A DNA stretch of 63,386 nucleotides, counting the filler, from Octopus bimaculoides (Eukaryota), in the NCBI RefSeq assembly GCF_001194135.2. It is 5 parts of 5 records of this genome, joined end to end, with 100 filler letters (N's around TTAATTAATTAA, not from the genome) between each part and the next. Parts side by side here need not be neighbours in the genome. Positions count along the whole stretch, not along the records: positions 14,098 to 32,814 come from NC_069004.1; positions 32,915 to 44,402 come from NC_068996.1; 3 more parts are not named here. One strand, written 5' to 3'. Below the pieces are notes generated by a model. It was not told where the DNA came from and did not search any database. It worked only from the letters and a program-made list of their open reading frames with translations. How positions within the stretch are numbered: position 1 is the first letter of the stretch; each line of letters starts with the position of its first letter. Made by a program: the position numbers and the translations under genes. Below, one piece after another: positions 22,650 to 35,399 of the stretch.

Positions 22650-23449
22650 TTGGTGGTGGTGGCGGTGTTACAAGTTTAAGTGGCTCTAGTACTGTTGGTA
22701 AAGTTATATTAAAATAATTTATTTTCGTAAGAGAAAAGAAAATTGAAGAAATAAATAAAAGATATTGACTGAAATTTTGGATGTAGATTAAGGAAAAAGA
22801 ATATAAACGAAAACAAAAAAAGAATAGTAGAGGGATAGAGAGTGGAAAGGATAGGAATGAGGAGAAGAAGATAAAGAGATGGAGGGTAAGAAAGTGAAAG
22901 AAAAGAGGCTAATTTATAACTAAACATTGATATTTTAAGTAATTATAAATACAAGAAAATTATAAAGAAAATATATCAGAGAAAATACAAACTCAAGTAG
23001 AGGATATTAGCAAGAAACATTTAAAGAAACTAACTTGTTATGGATTATAGCTTGGAGAAAAGAGAGGAAGAAAGAGAGAGAGAGGGTGAGAGATGTAGAG
23101 AGAGGGAGGGGTGAAGAGTTGGTGTCTGTGGTGTTTCTTTTGCTTGGTTAATTGGTCATTTCTCGTTATAAATGTGTGTGTGTGTATGTGTGTGTGTGTG
23201 TGTGTGTGTGACTGTGTTTGTGCGTGGAGATATTAGTTGTAAGGTATATTGCATTGTCTTAGTGAAAGCCCGACAGGCGCCTGTAAACTGGTACTCCGCT
23301 GTTACGCGTGTCAACAATTAATTTTAGAAGTTATTACTTGTAGAATGAAATTGGTAAAAAAACAACAAAAAAACAAAAAATAATTCAATACATGAAAAAC
23401 AAAAATATAAAAAGACAAGCCATATATACATACGTACATACATACATAC

Positions 23450-23481
<32 letters not shown>

Positions 23482-24444
23482 GTGTATATANNNNNNNNNN
23501 NNNNNNNNNNNNNNNNNNNNNNNNNNNNNNNNNNNNNNNNNNNNNNNNNNNNNNNNNNNNNNNNNNNNNNNNNNNNNNNNNNNNNNNNNNNNNNNNNNNN
23601 NNNNNNNNNNNNNNNNNNNNNNNNNNNNNNNNNNNNNNNNNNNNNNNNNNNNNNNNNNNNNNNNNNNNNNNNNNNNNNNNNNNNNNNNNNNNNNNNNNNN
23701 NNNNNNNNNNNNNNNNNNNNNNNNNNNNNNNNNNNNNNNNNNNNNNNNNNNNNNNNNNNNNNNNNNNNNNNNNNNNNNNNNNNNNNNNNNNNNNNNNNNN
23801 NNNNNNNNNNNNNNNNNNNNNNNNNNNNNNNNNNNNNNNNNNNNNNNNNNNNNNNNNNNNNNNNNNNNNNNNNNNNNNNNNNNNNNNNNNNNNNNNNNNN
23901 NNNNNNNNNNNNNNNNNNNNNNNNNNNNNNNNNNNNNNNNNNNNNNNNNNNNNNNNNNNNNNNNNNNNNNNNNNNNNNNNNNNNNNNNNNNNNNNNNNNN
24001 NNNNNNNNNNNNNNNNNNNNNNNNNNNNNNNNNNNNNNNNNNNNNNNNNNNNNNNNNNNNNNNNNNNNNNNNNNNNNNNNNNNNNNNNNNNNNNNNNNNN
24101 NNNNNNNNNNNNNNNNNNNNNNNNNNNNNNNNNNNNNNNNNNNNNNNNNNNNNNNNNNNNNNNNNNNNNNNNNNNNNNNNNNNNNNNNNNNNNNNNNNNN
24201 NNNNNNNNNNNNNNNNNNNNNNNNNNNNNNNNAAATGACGTTATTACACAAAGTCGAAATGAAATGAAATAAAATAAAATAAAAATTAAATAAAAATAAA
24301 ATAAAATAAAAAATGGAATATATTAAAATGATATGAAAAACGGAGCAGAATTACACAAGATTGTGCTTAAGGGAAACCAATTTACGATCCAATTACTCAG
24401 CACTGGTACAACATACACTGCAATATCAAAAATAACAGTGGGAA

Positions 24445-24661
24445 TGGCGACGACGACGACGACGGTGATGATGATGATGATGATGATGATAGTTGTGGTA
24501 GTGGTGGTGGTGGTGGTGGTGATGAGGATGATAGTGGTTGTGGTGATGGGGATGTCGGTGGTGGTTGTGGTGGTGATGGTGATGATGATGAGTCGATGAT
24601 GATTAGCATGATGATGTTCGTGATTACGATGTGAACGTCTTTGGTCATGATAACGATAACC

Positions 24662-24702
<41 letters not shown>

Positions 24703-24764
24703 AATGAAGCTAATGATGAACGTGATGATGATGATGATGATAATGAAGCTAATGATGTTGAAGG

Positions 24765-24800
<36 letters not shown>

Positions 24801-24945
24801 GGATGATGATGAGGAGGAGGAGGAGGAGGAGGATGGTGTTGATGATAAAGGGAGTGATACTGGTGCTGGTAGTGAAAATGATAATAATGAATATCATCAT
24901 CATCATCATCGTCATCATTATCGTTGTCATCATTGTCATCGTCAT
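24445..24945. repeat. (GAT)n/(GGT)n/(GAG)n/(CAT)n microsatellite field
   Basis: Directly visible. It explains the poly-D, poly-M and poly-I ORFs. Confidence 0.95.
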
Positions 24946-25444
24946 TCTCTTTATCACATTATTTCAGTTCATAATAACTGCCCCAGATTACAGTCCAAAT
25001 CCTCTAAAACAAAGAACCGATCAACAATTGAATAAAGTATAAAATAAATAAATAGAGAAAATAAATAAATAAAAATAAAGAAAAGAAAATAAAGAAAAGA
25101 AAAATTAAAGAAAATGAATAAATAGATAAAATAAAATGAAGTAAATGAAATAAAGAAAATGAAATGAATAAAATAAAATAAGATGAAACAAATAAAATGA
25201 AATAGAATAAATAAATAACAAGCAAATGAAACAGAAATGGCGAAAGGAAAATTCAAGAATGCAAATGAAACGAAAAATTATTTTTCGGAAAAAAAAAAGC
25301 AGTAAAACGTTATTTAGATGTTTTCATTTTAAAGAATAGCAAAAAATATTTGGTTGGAAACGTAGAATCCTAGAATATGAAGAGTTTCGATTCAACAATG
25401 TAGACGTTGGTGCTTTCCATTCTGGCAGCAGAAGATTATTGCGT

Positions 25445-25665
25445 GAAGGCAGAAACGTTAGCACGCCGGGAAAAATGCTTAGCAGTATTNNNNNNNNNNN
25501 NNNNNNNNNNNNNNNNNNNNNNNNNNNNNNNNACTTAATTCCTTTGTCTGTCCTTGTTTCCCCGTTGTGGGAAATAAAGAAATAACAAGCGTTGGCACGC
25601 CGGGCAAAATGCTTACCGGTATTTCTTTACGTTCTGAGTTCAAATTACGCTGAGGTTGACTTTCC
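25445..25665 (+). mobile_element. SINE family A copy spanning a gap plus adjacent partial copy
   Basis: GGCAGAAACGTTAGCACGCCGGG head and GGGAAATAAAGAAATAA tail. A second head fragment lies at 25590-25665. Confidence 0.75.
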
Positions 25666-26664
25666 CTCACTCCTGCTATGTTGGGTATGTTTTAAGATTG
25701 CTCTCTTCTCAGCCAGGCTTCTAATCGGCTTTCCCCTGGTCCCGAAATTGCTGGCCCTTTGCCTAAAGTTTGAAACTTATATTGTGAATGAATTGTGATT
25801 GAATGACTAAACGTTTAATGCGCCCAGTGGACAGTAAAAATACTTCACTTCAGATTTTCATATCCCGTCCTCCCTTCTTCGTTAAAAATGTGCGATAAAG
25901 TCATTTGCAATACTTGTTCTGACTCTTTTACGTTTCGCTATGGAATCGCTCCGAATTTAACTTTCCGTTTCATTCGTCCGGAATTCATAAAAAAATTACC
26001 AGTAAGTCGACAACGCTTACGACGACACACTTTTCCATGTACAAAACTGACGTCGTAGAGATTACCGTCTTAAACACATAACGACATTTTAATGGAGTTG
26101 GACATGAAATCCCAATATAACACGGCATTGGCTCTTCATCTTCTCATTCCCTTCGAATAGTATTGGGCGCCTAATTATTAATAGCTCTGCAGTGACCTCC
26201 CATATATAGAAATATCTCTTGTTTTTATCGAAGAACTGGAAGTGCAGTAATTCAATAAACGTGTGTACATTCCCACCCAGCGCCAAAATAGTTCATTTTC
26301 AAGACCTGCGAAGAAAATTATCGTTTCTTTAGCAAATTCACATAGAAACCACCATCATACCTTACCAAGCCGTCCTGCAGACGTACAAATCTACACGCCC
26401 ACGTTGTAGGTTTGTAAGACATACAATGTTAAGCGCACTCACTCACACAGTGACACGTACAAGCACACATACACATAAATATGTGATTGTGGTTGTATGT
26501 GTTTGCGCGTTAACGTGTTTTGTGCATATATATCCATATATATACACACACATGTCTAACTGTTCAAATGAATACGAGAAAATAGACCAATGCACGCAAA
26601 CGTAGAACATTTCAAAGGAATAGACGACCGTTCAAAGGTAAATCCCCCACAAAAATCCCGGATT

Positions 26665-26950
26665 ACTCTGCCATCTCCAAGGCATAGGAAAGTGCCCTCT
26701 TCCAGTTCTTTTTCTCCTGCTTAGAAAAGCTTACTCAGAGTAGCTCCATTCAGCCTCACCGGTCTTGCCACTGTCGACCACCTTCAGATAAACACACTAG
26801 AAGGCAGCACCTCCATCTCTATCCTCACCTTCCTCTTCAAATACTATTTGAAGAAATTGATGAGGACTTGACAAGATACGAATGTGCCTGTCTTCAAACC
26901 TTTCAAACGGGTCCACTACACAGCCTCTTTTGCCACAGCCACGAAGGTAA
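26665..26950 (-). mobile_element. L1/Tx1-like LINE 3' end fragment
   Basis: Minus strand: FVAVAKEAV*WTRLKGLKTGTFVSCQVLINFFK*YLKRKVRIEMEVL...RWSTVARPVRLNG. This resembles an L1/Tx1 ORF2 C-terminus. Confidence 0.55.
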
Positions 26951-26959
26951 GGTGGTACG

Positions 26960-27175
26960 AATCCTTCCTACTAAAAGCACATAGCCCGAAATTTTAGGGG
27001 AAGGGACTAGTGGATTACCTTGACCCCATTGCTTCACTAGTACTTAATTTATCGGCCCTGAAAGGAAGAAAGGCAAAGTCGATCTTGGCGGAATTTGAAC
27101 TTAGAAATAAAGACAGACGAAATGCCGCTAAGCAGTTTGACCGGCATGCTAGCGATTCTACCAGCTCACTGCCTT
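26960..27175 (-). mobile_element. SINE family A, full length
   Basis: Minus-strand head AAGGCAGTGAGCTGGTAGAATCGCTAGC, with B box and central domain. Confidence 0.85.
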
Positions 27176-27332
27176 AATAATGATGATAAGAAGAAGAAAA
27201 AGAAAAAAAGAAGGAAGAGGATGAGGATGAAGAAAAGGATGAGAAGGAGGATGTGGATGAAGATGAAGAGAGGAATAAGGAGGAGGAAGAGAAGAAGAAG
27301 AAGAAGAAGAAGAAGAAGAAGAAGAAGAAGAA

Positions 27333-27381
<49 letters not shown>

Positions 27382-27451
27382 GTGGTGATGATGATGGTGG
27401 TGATGATGACGATGATGATGATGTAGAAAGGAAAGGAAGAAAGAAGGAAAG

Positions 27452-27497
<46 letters not shown>

Positions 27498-27525
27498 GGA
27501 AGGAAGAAAGAAAGAAAGAAGGAAA
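27176..27525. repeat. (GAA)n/(GAT)n/(GAAA)n microsatellite field
   Basis: Directly visible. Confidence 0.95.
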
Positions 27526-27540
27526 ACAGGAATACAGCAG

Positions 27541-28230
27541 AGGGTTACAAAACCTAGAAGACATTGTTGGTACTGGAATACTGGTATTGGAAAATTCTAT
27601 TGAGCAGAGTAATGAAAGAATACCATCGGCAGCCAGAGATACCCAAAAAGTGGACGAAGCATTAGGAGAATTCAAAGAGAAAAGGAAGGTGAACAGTAAA
27701 TGGAAAGAAATGGATTTACATGGCTAATTCATGCAAGAAACGGGGAATGTTAGAACGAAAGAACGCCATCTCTGGCTCACGTACGAGAACTTGAAATGAG
27801 AGACCGAAACGGTAATTATGGCCGCTGAGGAACTATTAGAATAAATCTGATAAAGATAAAGATCGACAAAAGTCAGTGAGATAGCAAATGTAGAACCTGC
27901 TGGAAAGAAGATAAAAGTATCAATTATTTTTTGGACGAGTGCAGTATACTTGCGCAAAAAGAGTGTAAACGCAACCATGACTGTCTGCGCAAAAGAGTGC
28001 ATTTGAATGTTAGTTGAATGTCTGCCTTCAAAATAAAACAAGGAACTCATAGAAAATGAGAATTACATGATCGTGTTGGATGTTTCCATAAAGATTTATC
28101 ATACTATTGGAGCAATAAGACCATAGAGGACTAGGTGAACAGTGTAAGATCATGGATTTTGTAATTACCTATGGTTTCAGAGTCGATAAAGAAAGAAACT
28201 GAAAAATACTGGTTTGTTTACCGAAACACT
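27541..28230 (+). mobile_element. Dong/R4 retrotransposon 3' fragment (degenerate)
   Basis: GLQNLED...KWKEMDLHG*F...ETETVIMAAEE...IDKSQ*DSKCRTC...DECSILAQKECKRNHD. This covers the R4/Dong post-RT region and CCHC. Confidence 0.8.
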
Positions 28231-28336
28231 AAGTTACCGTAACGTAAAAAAAAAAAACTAACACCGATTGCCAAGCGTTCAGATTGCGGCACACAAACGT
28301 AGGCACACACAAACCCACATAAACCTACACATGTAC

Positions 28337-28367
<31 letters not shown>

Positions 28368-29243
28368 CGTGTGAGCAAATATATACATATATATATATAT
28401 ATGAAGGGTGTGCACATCTTTGTGAGTTTGCATGTGTGCGTGTGTGTGTATGTGCATGTGTGTGTGTCCATGAATGTATGCATGTATGTTTGTATATAAT
28501 ACACCGTCGCTAAAAGGTGACGAATGGCGCAAGGAGCACCAGCATTGCTAGAAATATTATGTATGTATATAAGTATGTAAATACGACAAGTTTCTACAGA
28601 GTTTTAACCAAAAAAGTTCCCCAAGCACATATTAGTCGAACGCAAAACCTCCTGGTTTCAAAACGATCTTCTTTAACCGCACAGCCATATATTCCTTTCT
28701 TTGTTTCCCACTGCTGAAAATCTATGTCACATGCCAATATGTATCTTTGCTCGTTTTCTTTTTAAATACGTACATACATATATAAGAATGTGTACATACT
28801 TATCTGTTGGTACATGTATAGTTATATAATAGACTTATATTGCAGATCAGTTGCTTAGAAACTTGAAAACACTATGGATCAACCTGTCTCAATGAACATT
28901 GTTCTGCTGTTTTCTTCGAAATATTTTGTCGAATTATTTGTTTCAAATTCCTTTCTAGACATCTTTCTCTGGCTTCCTAATTTTCGCAATTGACGTCAAC
29001 TAAAACCGTCTAGACATCTTATTACGGTTACACCGGCGAGTCTTTGCGAGTTATTCTGGTTATATTCCTACTGAATGTTGAGCCTGGAGTGAGAGTTAAT
29101 GAGAGGTAAGACAATCTAGTAATGATAATAATAATAATAATAATAATAATAATGTATCATATGATGAATTGAGAAACAAATGTGTGACCATGAATGTATA
29201 TGTGTGTCTCTAGATACATACATACAAATATATAAATATAATA

Positions 29244-29340
<97 letters not shown>

Positions 29341-31189
29341 CTTAGATATAAACATATAAACGCTATGTAAGTAAATCTGTAGCTATAAGTGTATATATGT
29401 ATATTTGCATATAAGTATACATAATAATACATATACATTGAATGTTATATTTGTATATGTATATATGCTGCAAACATATATATATGCTTAAAGTATACAC
29501 ATACACCTATAGATGTGTGTGTGTGTACATAACTTCCTACCCTTACATTAGTATAATAGAGTGAAATCACAGTGTTGTAGTTTTACCAAAATTAATGTGT
29601 CTATAGAAGTTTACATTTGAAAATTTCAGCACACATCCAAAATTAGACATTTCCCAAAATACATATTAAGTTCGTAAAAATATACATATGTAAAACCGAA
29701 AAGAACAACAACAACAGAAACAACATTAGCAGCAACATCATCATTATCATCATCGTCGTCGTCGTCGTCAAGAAGAACACTAACGAAAATAACGGTTACG
29801 TATCAACTAAAAATGATTATGACTTCGACAATACATTGCCAGATAATAACATAGCTTTACACAAGAAAACGAGCAACTTGATAATTGCTAACAATATACT
29901 TACAACGTAATGATATTCGTTTAGTATTCGAAACGTATTATATTGTGAGAAATGGAAAGTCAGCCGTCATCAGCGAATAAAAATGGTTTGATGACATGTG
30001 CCGTACTTGCGCTTATTGTTTCAGGTGTAGCGAACAGATAGACAGACACTCTTTCTTCGGTTCTCTTAGTCTTGATCCAGCTATTCAGCGATCCAATGCG
30101 TATGTGAACGCGGGAGGAAAGGAAATATGTCTGCCCGAAACGGTCCTGATTTCTGGTACTTGACTGAGGAAAGAAGGCTACGAATGACCCGTCTTTTCTT
30201 GCCTGTCCTTCTAATTGTTGCTTCATTTGTCCGCCTTTTTATCGTCCATCTGTCTGAATGTTATATTGTCGTCTATTGAGTTTTTGTCCCAGTTATATAT
30301 ATATATATATGTATATAAATATATATATNNNNNNNNNNNNNNNNNNNNNNNNNNNNNNNNNNNNNNNNNNNNNNNNNNNNNNNNNNNNNNNNNNNNNNNN
30401 NNNNNNNNNNNNNNNNNNNNNNNNNNNNNNNNNNNNNNNNNNNNNNNNNNNNNNNNNNNNNNNNNNNNNNNNNNNNNNNNNNNNNNNNNNNNNNNNNNNN
30501 NNNNNNNNNNNNNNNNNNNNNNNNNNNNNNNNNNNNNNNNNNNNNNNNNNNNNNNNNNNNNNNNNNNNNNNNNAGATATATACACACAAACTCACACACA
30601 CATACACACAGGTATATATATATACACACACATAAAGAGATAGAGAGAGAGAGAGTGGAGAAGGCTTCAAAGAGAGAGGTTGATGGCGAGAAAGAGAGTG
30701 AGCTGCAACAGCATTCGGTTGGTGTGGCTTGTTCAGCAGAGCGGAGCAACGTGAAATGGGGCTTAAATGTTTAGGTACGTAAAATGTCCGACGTATCATA
30801 TTTATATACCATTTAAAAGACAATAGCCGTGTATTTTGCTGTTATTTGTTTGATTTAATGTCAATGACTCAAATCTGTCTGTTTCCAGCTTTCCAGTAAT
30901 TCCCACAGACTCCTTAAAACACAAAAAAACAAAAGAAAGACTGACATTTCGTCGGTTACAACGACGAGCGTTGTAGTTGATCCGGTCAACTACTCTTCAA
31001 ATTAATGTCGAAAGGGTCGAGAACTTCAAAACCACGCGTACCCTGAACATATTTCTTAGGAAGATTCAGCGTAACACAAAATGTAATAATTACAGGTACA
31101 ACTCATTCTTACCAGCTGAGTGCATTGATGCAACGAGAAATAATGTGTCCTGCCCAAGGACACAACGTGCCGGCAGGAAGTGAACTCAT

Positions 31190-31850
31190 GACGGTACAAT
31201 CCTGAGTAGAATATTCTAACCAGTAAGCAATGGGACCTTTGGACTCCATAAAATGAAACATCATCCAAGTAGTGTGATTGACATAATCAATTGTTCCCTT
31301 CATCAGAATTTCCGGTTTTTAACCTGCGTAAGAAATCAATTTAATTACATGTTACATTTCCAATGAAATTGATTTGCTTGGCTCTTTCTTTCAAGTTACT
31401 AAATGCTTGGTAGAGTTTCAGAAAGGGACTCTGTCCCATTAATCAACTGACATTCTTGCGGGAAGTTTCATCTTGGTTATAATTGTTGCTGCAATGCATT
31501 GTTCATTACGATAATTGGATACAAAACATCAAAAGTCTCTCCACGGATCTTCTATGCACACGAATTACATTTCGTTGCTTGTGAGTACTTCAAAATTCCA
31601 GTGTTCATACAAACCTCAAATACCCCAGCAATTTCTCTTGAAAACCTCTCAGAGTACGTGTACCATGATTTGAGAATGCCTGGCGTCAGTTTTGATATAA
31701 TTCACAATGAGCAAAGCTGGTGTCTCGATTCGTATCATGTATCTGAGGACGATAGAATAATCTTATTCCCTGCCCTCAAAATTGTCGGTTTTTTGTCAAA
31801 ATTAGAAGGAATTATTTGTTGTTTATTATTTGGTTTTCGTTCAACTTAAA
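31190..31850 (-). pseudogene. CR1/L2/Jockey-type LINE reverse transcriptase relic
   Basis: Minus strand: EIAGVFEVCMNTGIL...VLYPIIVMN and GTIDYVNH...KGPIAYWLEY. These align loosely with LINE RT motifs (L..IFN.CL.TG.LP, YRPISL, AFD.VNH...G.LL.W). Confidence 0.45.
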
Positions 31851-31929
31851 TTTTCCAAGGCGGTGGCCCTGCATGGCCGCAGTCTAAAGACTTAAACAAG
31901 TAAAAGTAAAAGATAATAAAAATATTTTG

Positions 31930-32600
31930 TTTCCATAACCAATTATTCCAGTAAACCAGATTTTTTTACCTTTAAGTATTTTTTCTAGTCTTATTATTGT
32001 TACATTGTACTAATTATCTACGTGTATCAAACCCCATTTATTCGTTATGCGGAATAAATATATTCTCTCTGCATCGTATCAAGAATGTTAGCTTACGTAT
32101 GTTATTTGTTTTGAATTTTCTGTCTAACTTCCATAAATTTTATTTCCAATTATTAAGCTGAAACTGTCGTTTATAAATGCCAACAACTATATATATTCCT
32201 AGTAGTTTTTTCGTCTTTAATTTTCTACTTCCAATTATTAAGTTGAAACTGTCGTTTATAAATGCTAACAACTGTATTTATTCGTATTATCATATCTCTA
32301 GAATTTTATTCAGATTTTAACATGGCGCTCAATAGCTTGTAGTGCTCTTGTCTAATGTGCTCCTCATTTCTCCGTTTGTATCGTACACGTTTCCTTTCTC
32401 TTTAAGGATGTGTATCTTTCATTCTGTTTAATCTACTTGATTTCCGTGCAGGAAATCTAATTTAATTGGTTTCACTTTTAATTAAGTTGCGTCTTTCTTA
32501 CAACGGCTTTGACAATTTGTTTAACCTGATCATCGCTTACATCCTGGTTGAATACAAATATAATTCATAATAGATTCCTCTGCAAGTCATTGTAAATAGT
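31930..32600 (-). mobile_element. Dong/R4 fragment (oldest of cluster)
   Basis: HIRQEHYKLLSAMLKSE*NSRDMIIRINT...NNWK*NLWKLDRK...GLIHVD matches the Dong RT thumb region seen in the neighbouring copies. Confidence 0.6.
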
Positions 32601-32623
32601 GTTAAATCATTCATATTGTGAAC

Positions 32624-32790
32624 AGGCGCAGGCGTAGTTGTGTGATAAGAAGCTTCCTTCTAAATCTCATCGCTTCGGCTCCAGTCCCGGTGTTCGGCGC
32701 CTTAGGCAAGTATTTTCTACTATATCCTCAGGCTCAAAAAGCACTTGTGAGTGGATCTGGTAAACCGAAACTGAAAGAAGTCCATCGTAT
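32624..32790 (+). mobile_element. SINE family B 5' half
   Basis: AGGCGCAGGCGTAGTTGTGTGATAAGAAGC head, CCTTAGGCAAGT CORE-like motif, and AAACTGAAAGAAG followed by a (TA)n tract. Confidence 0.85.
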
Positions 32791-32858
32791 GTATGTATGT
32801 ATATATATATATATNNNNNNNNNNNNNNNNNNNNNNNNNNNNNNNNNNNNNNNNNNNN

Positions 32859-32870
32859 TTAATTAATTAA
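32859..32870. other. assembly spacer TTAATTAATTAA
   Basis: 44 N on each side. Confidence 0.95.
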
Positions 32871-33034
32871 NNNNNNNNNNNNNNNNNNNNNNNNNNNNNN
32901 NNNNNNNNNNNNNNACTATAAAAAGAAAGTTAGGTGCTTCACACACCTTATATACAAAAAATTCCAACAAAATATGGGCAACAAAAGGTCAAAAAGAGGT
33001 TTACCTCTGCAGCCGATGTGACAGCACGTCCGTC

Positions 33035-33035
<1 letters not shown>

Positions 33036-33107
<72 letters not shown>
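33036..33107. repeat. (GATA)n microsatellite
   Basis: Directly visible. Confidence 0.95.
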
Positions 33108-33108
<1 letters not shown>

Positions 33109-35330
33109 GCTTTAATCTTGTGCTGCAATTAAAATTCGTCTAGTCCCTGCTTTTGAGCTTGAACTCAACCAATGTTGGGATTTTACTTTGTCTATTTCTC
33201 TTCTGTTTCGCTTATCTCAGTACGTGGCACGTAAAAGCTTTTCTTGCCATCGTGTTATTATAATATTTTGTTGCTATAGTTTTAGTTTGGATTTCAGTTG
33301 CTTTACAGCTTTTGTTGTTTGCTCATTTTCTTCATAGTTTTCAGGTACTATGACTTCATTCTTGTATTTTTTCGGCTTCCTTAAAGACAGAAAGCAAGTT
33401 TTTGTTTTGCTCATGTTCTGTGGCTATCTGTACGAGTTTTCCCTGCTTCTGAGTTGGATATTTCTGCAATACTATGACGGTTATCTTATATTGGTTTTGT
33501 TGCTGTATAAGGCTTCTACCACATCCAGTTTCTCATATATATAACTCTTCTTGTATATATAACCTTTCTTGTATATGTGACCTTTCTACCACGTCCATTT
33601 TCTTGTATATATAACCTTTCTACCACGTCCAGTTTCTTGTATATATAACCTTTCTACCACGCCCAGTTTCTTGTATATATAACCTTTCTGCCAGGTGGTG
33701 CATTCTAAATTCCGTCATTTTTCTTGTTTTCCTGTCTAGTTTGGTTAATTCATTTAGCGTCCAATTAAGAATATTGTAACTATAACTTATAACTGGGATA
33801 GCTAGAGTTGATAGTTATTATCTTGCTTGTCGCATTGAACTCTGTTTTAAGTATTAATCTAAATTATTTATAGTATTCTTTCCTTATCTTATCTTTCATT
33901 TGTGTGCGTTGTACCGTATCTAGTTCATTCATTCCTAAGTGTTTGTATGTCTAGTTCTTTTATTTCCTTTTCTTTGTCTGGTGGTGATATTGTTACTCTT
34001 AACTTGTTTTCCTCTGTTTAAGTTTGTTTGACACATTTTTCTAAGCCAATTTCATTAGTAAATCCATGCAGTCTGTAGTAATATTTCCTGTTGTTTATCA
34101 TTTGCAGCATACAGCTTTAGATCATCCCTATACAAGAGATGGTTGATTGTTTTACCGTAGCAGTTGTATTCGCACCCAGTTATGTTTAGCATGTCAGTTC
34201 CGGGCAGAAAAGGAGCGGAGAGAGCGACTTTCCTTCGACTATTCTTTTTCTAATTGGGATGGCTTTAGTTTTAATGATTCTCTCTGTTTTTCTGGATCTG
34301 TAGCATTATTTGCCATTTATTCATGGCATGTTTTATATATTTTATTATTGTTTGTGCTACCTTGTTCACAGCTAGTGTTTCCAGGATCAATATGTAAAGC
34401 CTATCGATAGTCTATCCTAGCCATTCTTAGACCTTTCTTTCTCTTTTGACTGTCTTCAGTTATGGCTTTATTGATCAATAACTGATCTTTTCACCCATAT
34501 AAATCTTTGCAGCATCCCTTCAGCTCTTCTAGAAACAAGTTGTTATCTTCTAGATGTCTGCCCATTCTTTGCGATATTATTGCAGTTAAAGTCTTGTAAC
34601 TTGTAGACCGACATGTTATGGGTCTATATTTTGTAGGTTTGTCGTTTTGAGTTAGAGTGGTTTTTCCCTTCTATAAGCCATTCAGGTATTGTCTCTGACC
34701 CTGCTAGCATCTCATTAAATTTTTCGGCAAGCGTCTTATGTATTCTTGTCAAATATTTTAGCCAGAAATTGAAGATATTGTCGTGCCCGGGTGCCTTCCA
34801 ATTGCTTGGTTTTTTTCAGTGCCTGGAGAATGTCTTCCGTTGTTATAGGTATCCAGAGTTGTTCAGGTGTTGCGTTTGGTGTTTCAATAGATCTTTCCTG
34901 GGTTTTTTTTCTTCCCTAATCATATTTCTTTCCCATATTCTCCCACTTCTGCTGTTGGTCTGCATTGAACTCTATGTTATTTTTACCATGTTCTTGGTAG
35001 AATCATTTTGAATGAGAGTTGAACTGTTCGTTTTGTTCAAAGAATCGTTGGCGTTTCTCATACCGACGGATTCTTTGTACTTTGGCGAGGATATCTTGCT
35101 TTACTTGATTATTTATCTGAGATTTACCTTGTTCTGTTATTTTGTATTTCTGAAGTAGTTTTCTTTCTTTCTTACTGCTTAGCAGTGTTGCTTGCCTACT
35201 AATTTCATTAAGGATTGACAGATTCTTTCTTTTCTTTTCTTTCTTTTTTTTTACTAATATTTTTTCATAGAGTCAGTTTAGATTGTGATACTCTTATTTG
35301 GTTGGATTTGAGGGGTATCCACTTGTTTTG
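33108..35330 (-). mobile_element. Dong/R4 retrotransposon copy C (degenerate, deleted)
   Basis: QRIRRYEKRQRFFEQN...SNWKAPGHDNIFNFWLK...YRPITC...DQLLINKA...IDYR...LAIPVISYSYNILNW...MHH...ILIAAQD (with frameshifts). Confidence 0.85.
33514..33686. repeat. 34-bp minisatellite derived from Dong coding sequence
   Basis: TTCTACCACGTCCAGTTTCTTGTATATATAACCT, about 4 units plus two short units. The minus strand encodes the ERLYIQ...GRG motif. Confidence 0.85.
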
Positions 35331-35399
35331 AGGTCACAGAGGATGCTGCATAGCATATTTCACTTGCCGAGTATCTTCCCGACACCTAGGGCAAAGAAA

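Noticed and set aside
26089-26330. Minus-strand acceptor TTTTCTTCGCAG and ORF with a faint cadherin-like look
   Set aside because: No good donor, the frames close quickly, and cadherin motifs (LDRE, DXND) are absent.
28560-28760. Possible mariner N-terminus on the minus strand
   Set aside because: It needs several frameshifts for a marginal resemblance.
29014-29105. Exon candidate ending GAG|GTAAGA
   Set aside because: The acceptor lacks a pyrimidine tract and the peptide is unrecognisable.
29960-30226. 88-aa minus-strand ORF ending FLFADD (RT-like), and plus-strand acceptor at 30024
   Set aside because: No upstream RT motif (QG..LSP) at the expected distance. The plus-strand exon has only a weak donor.
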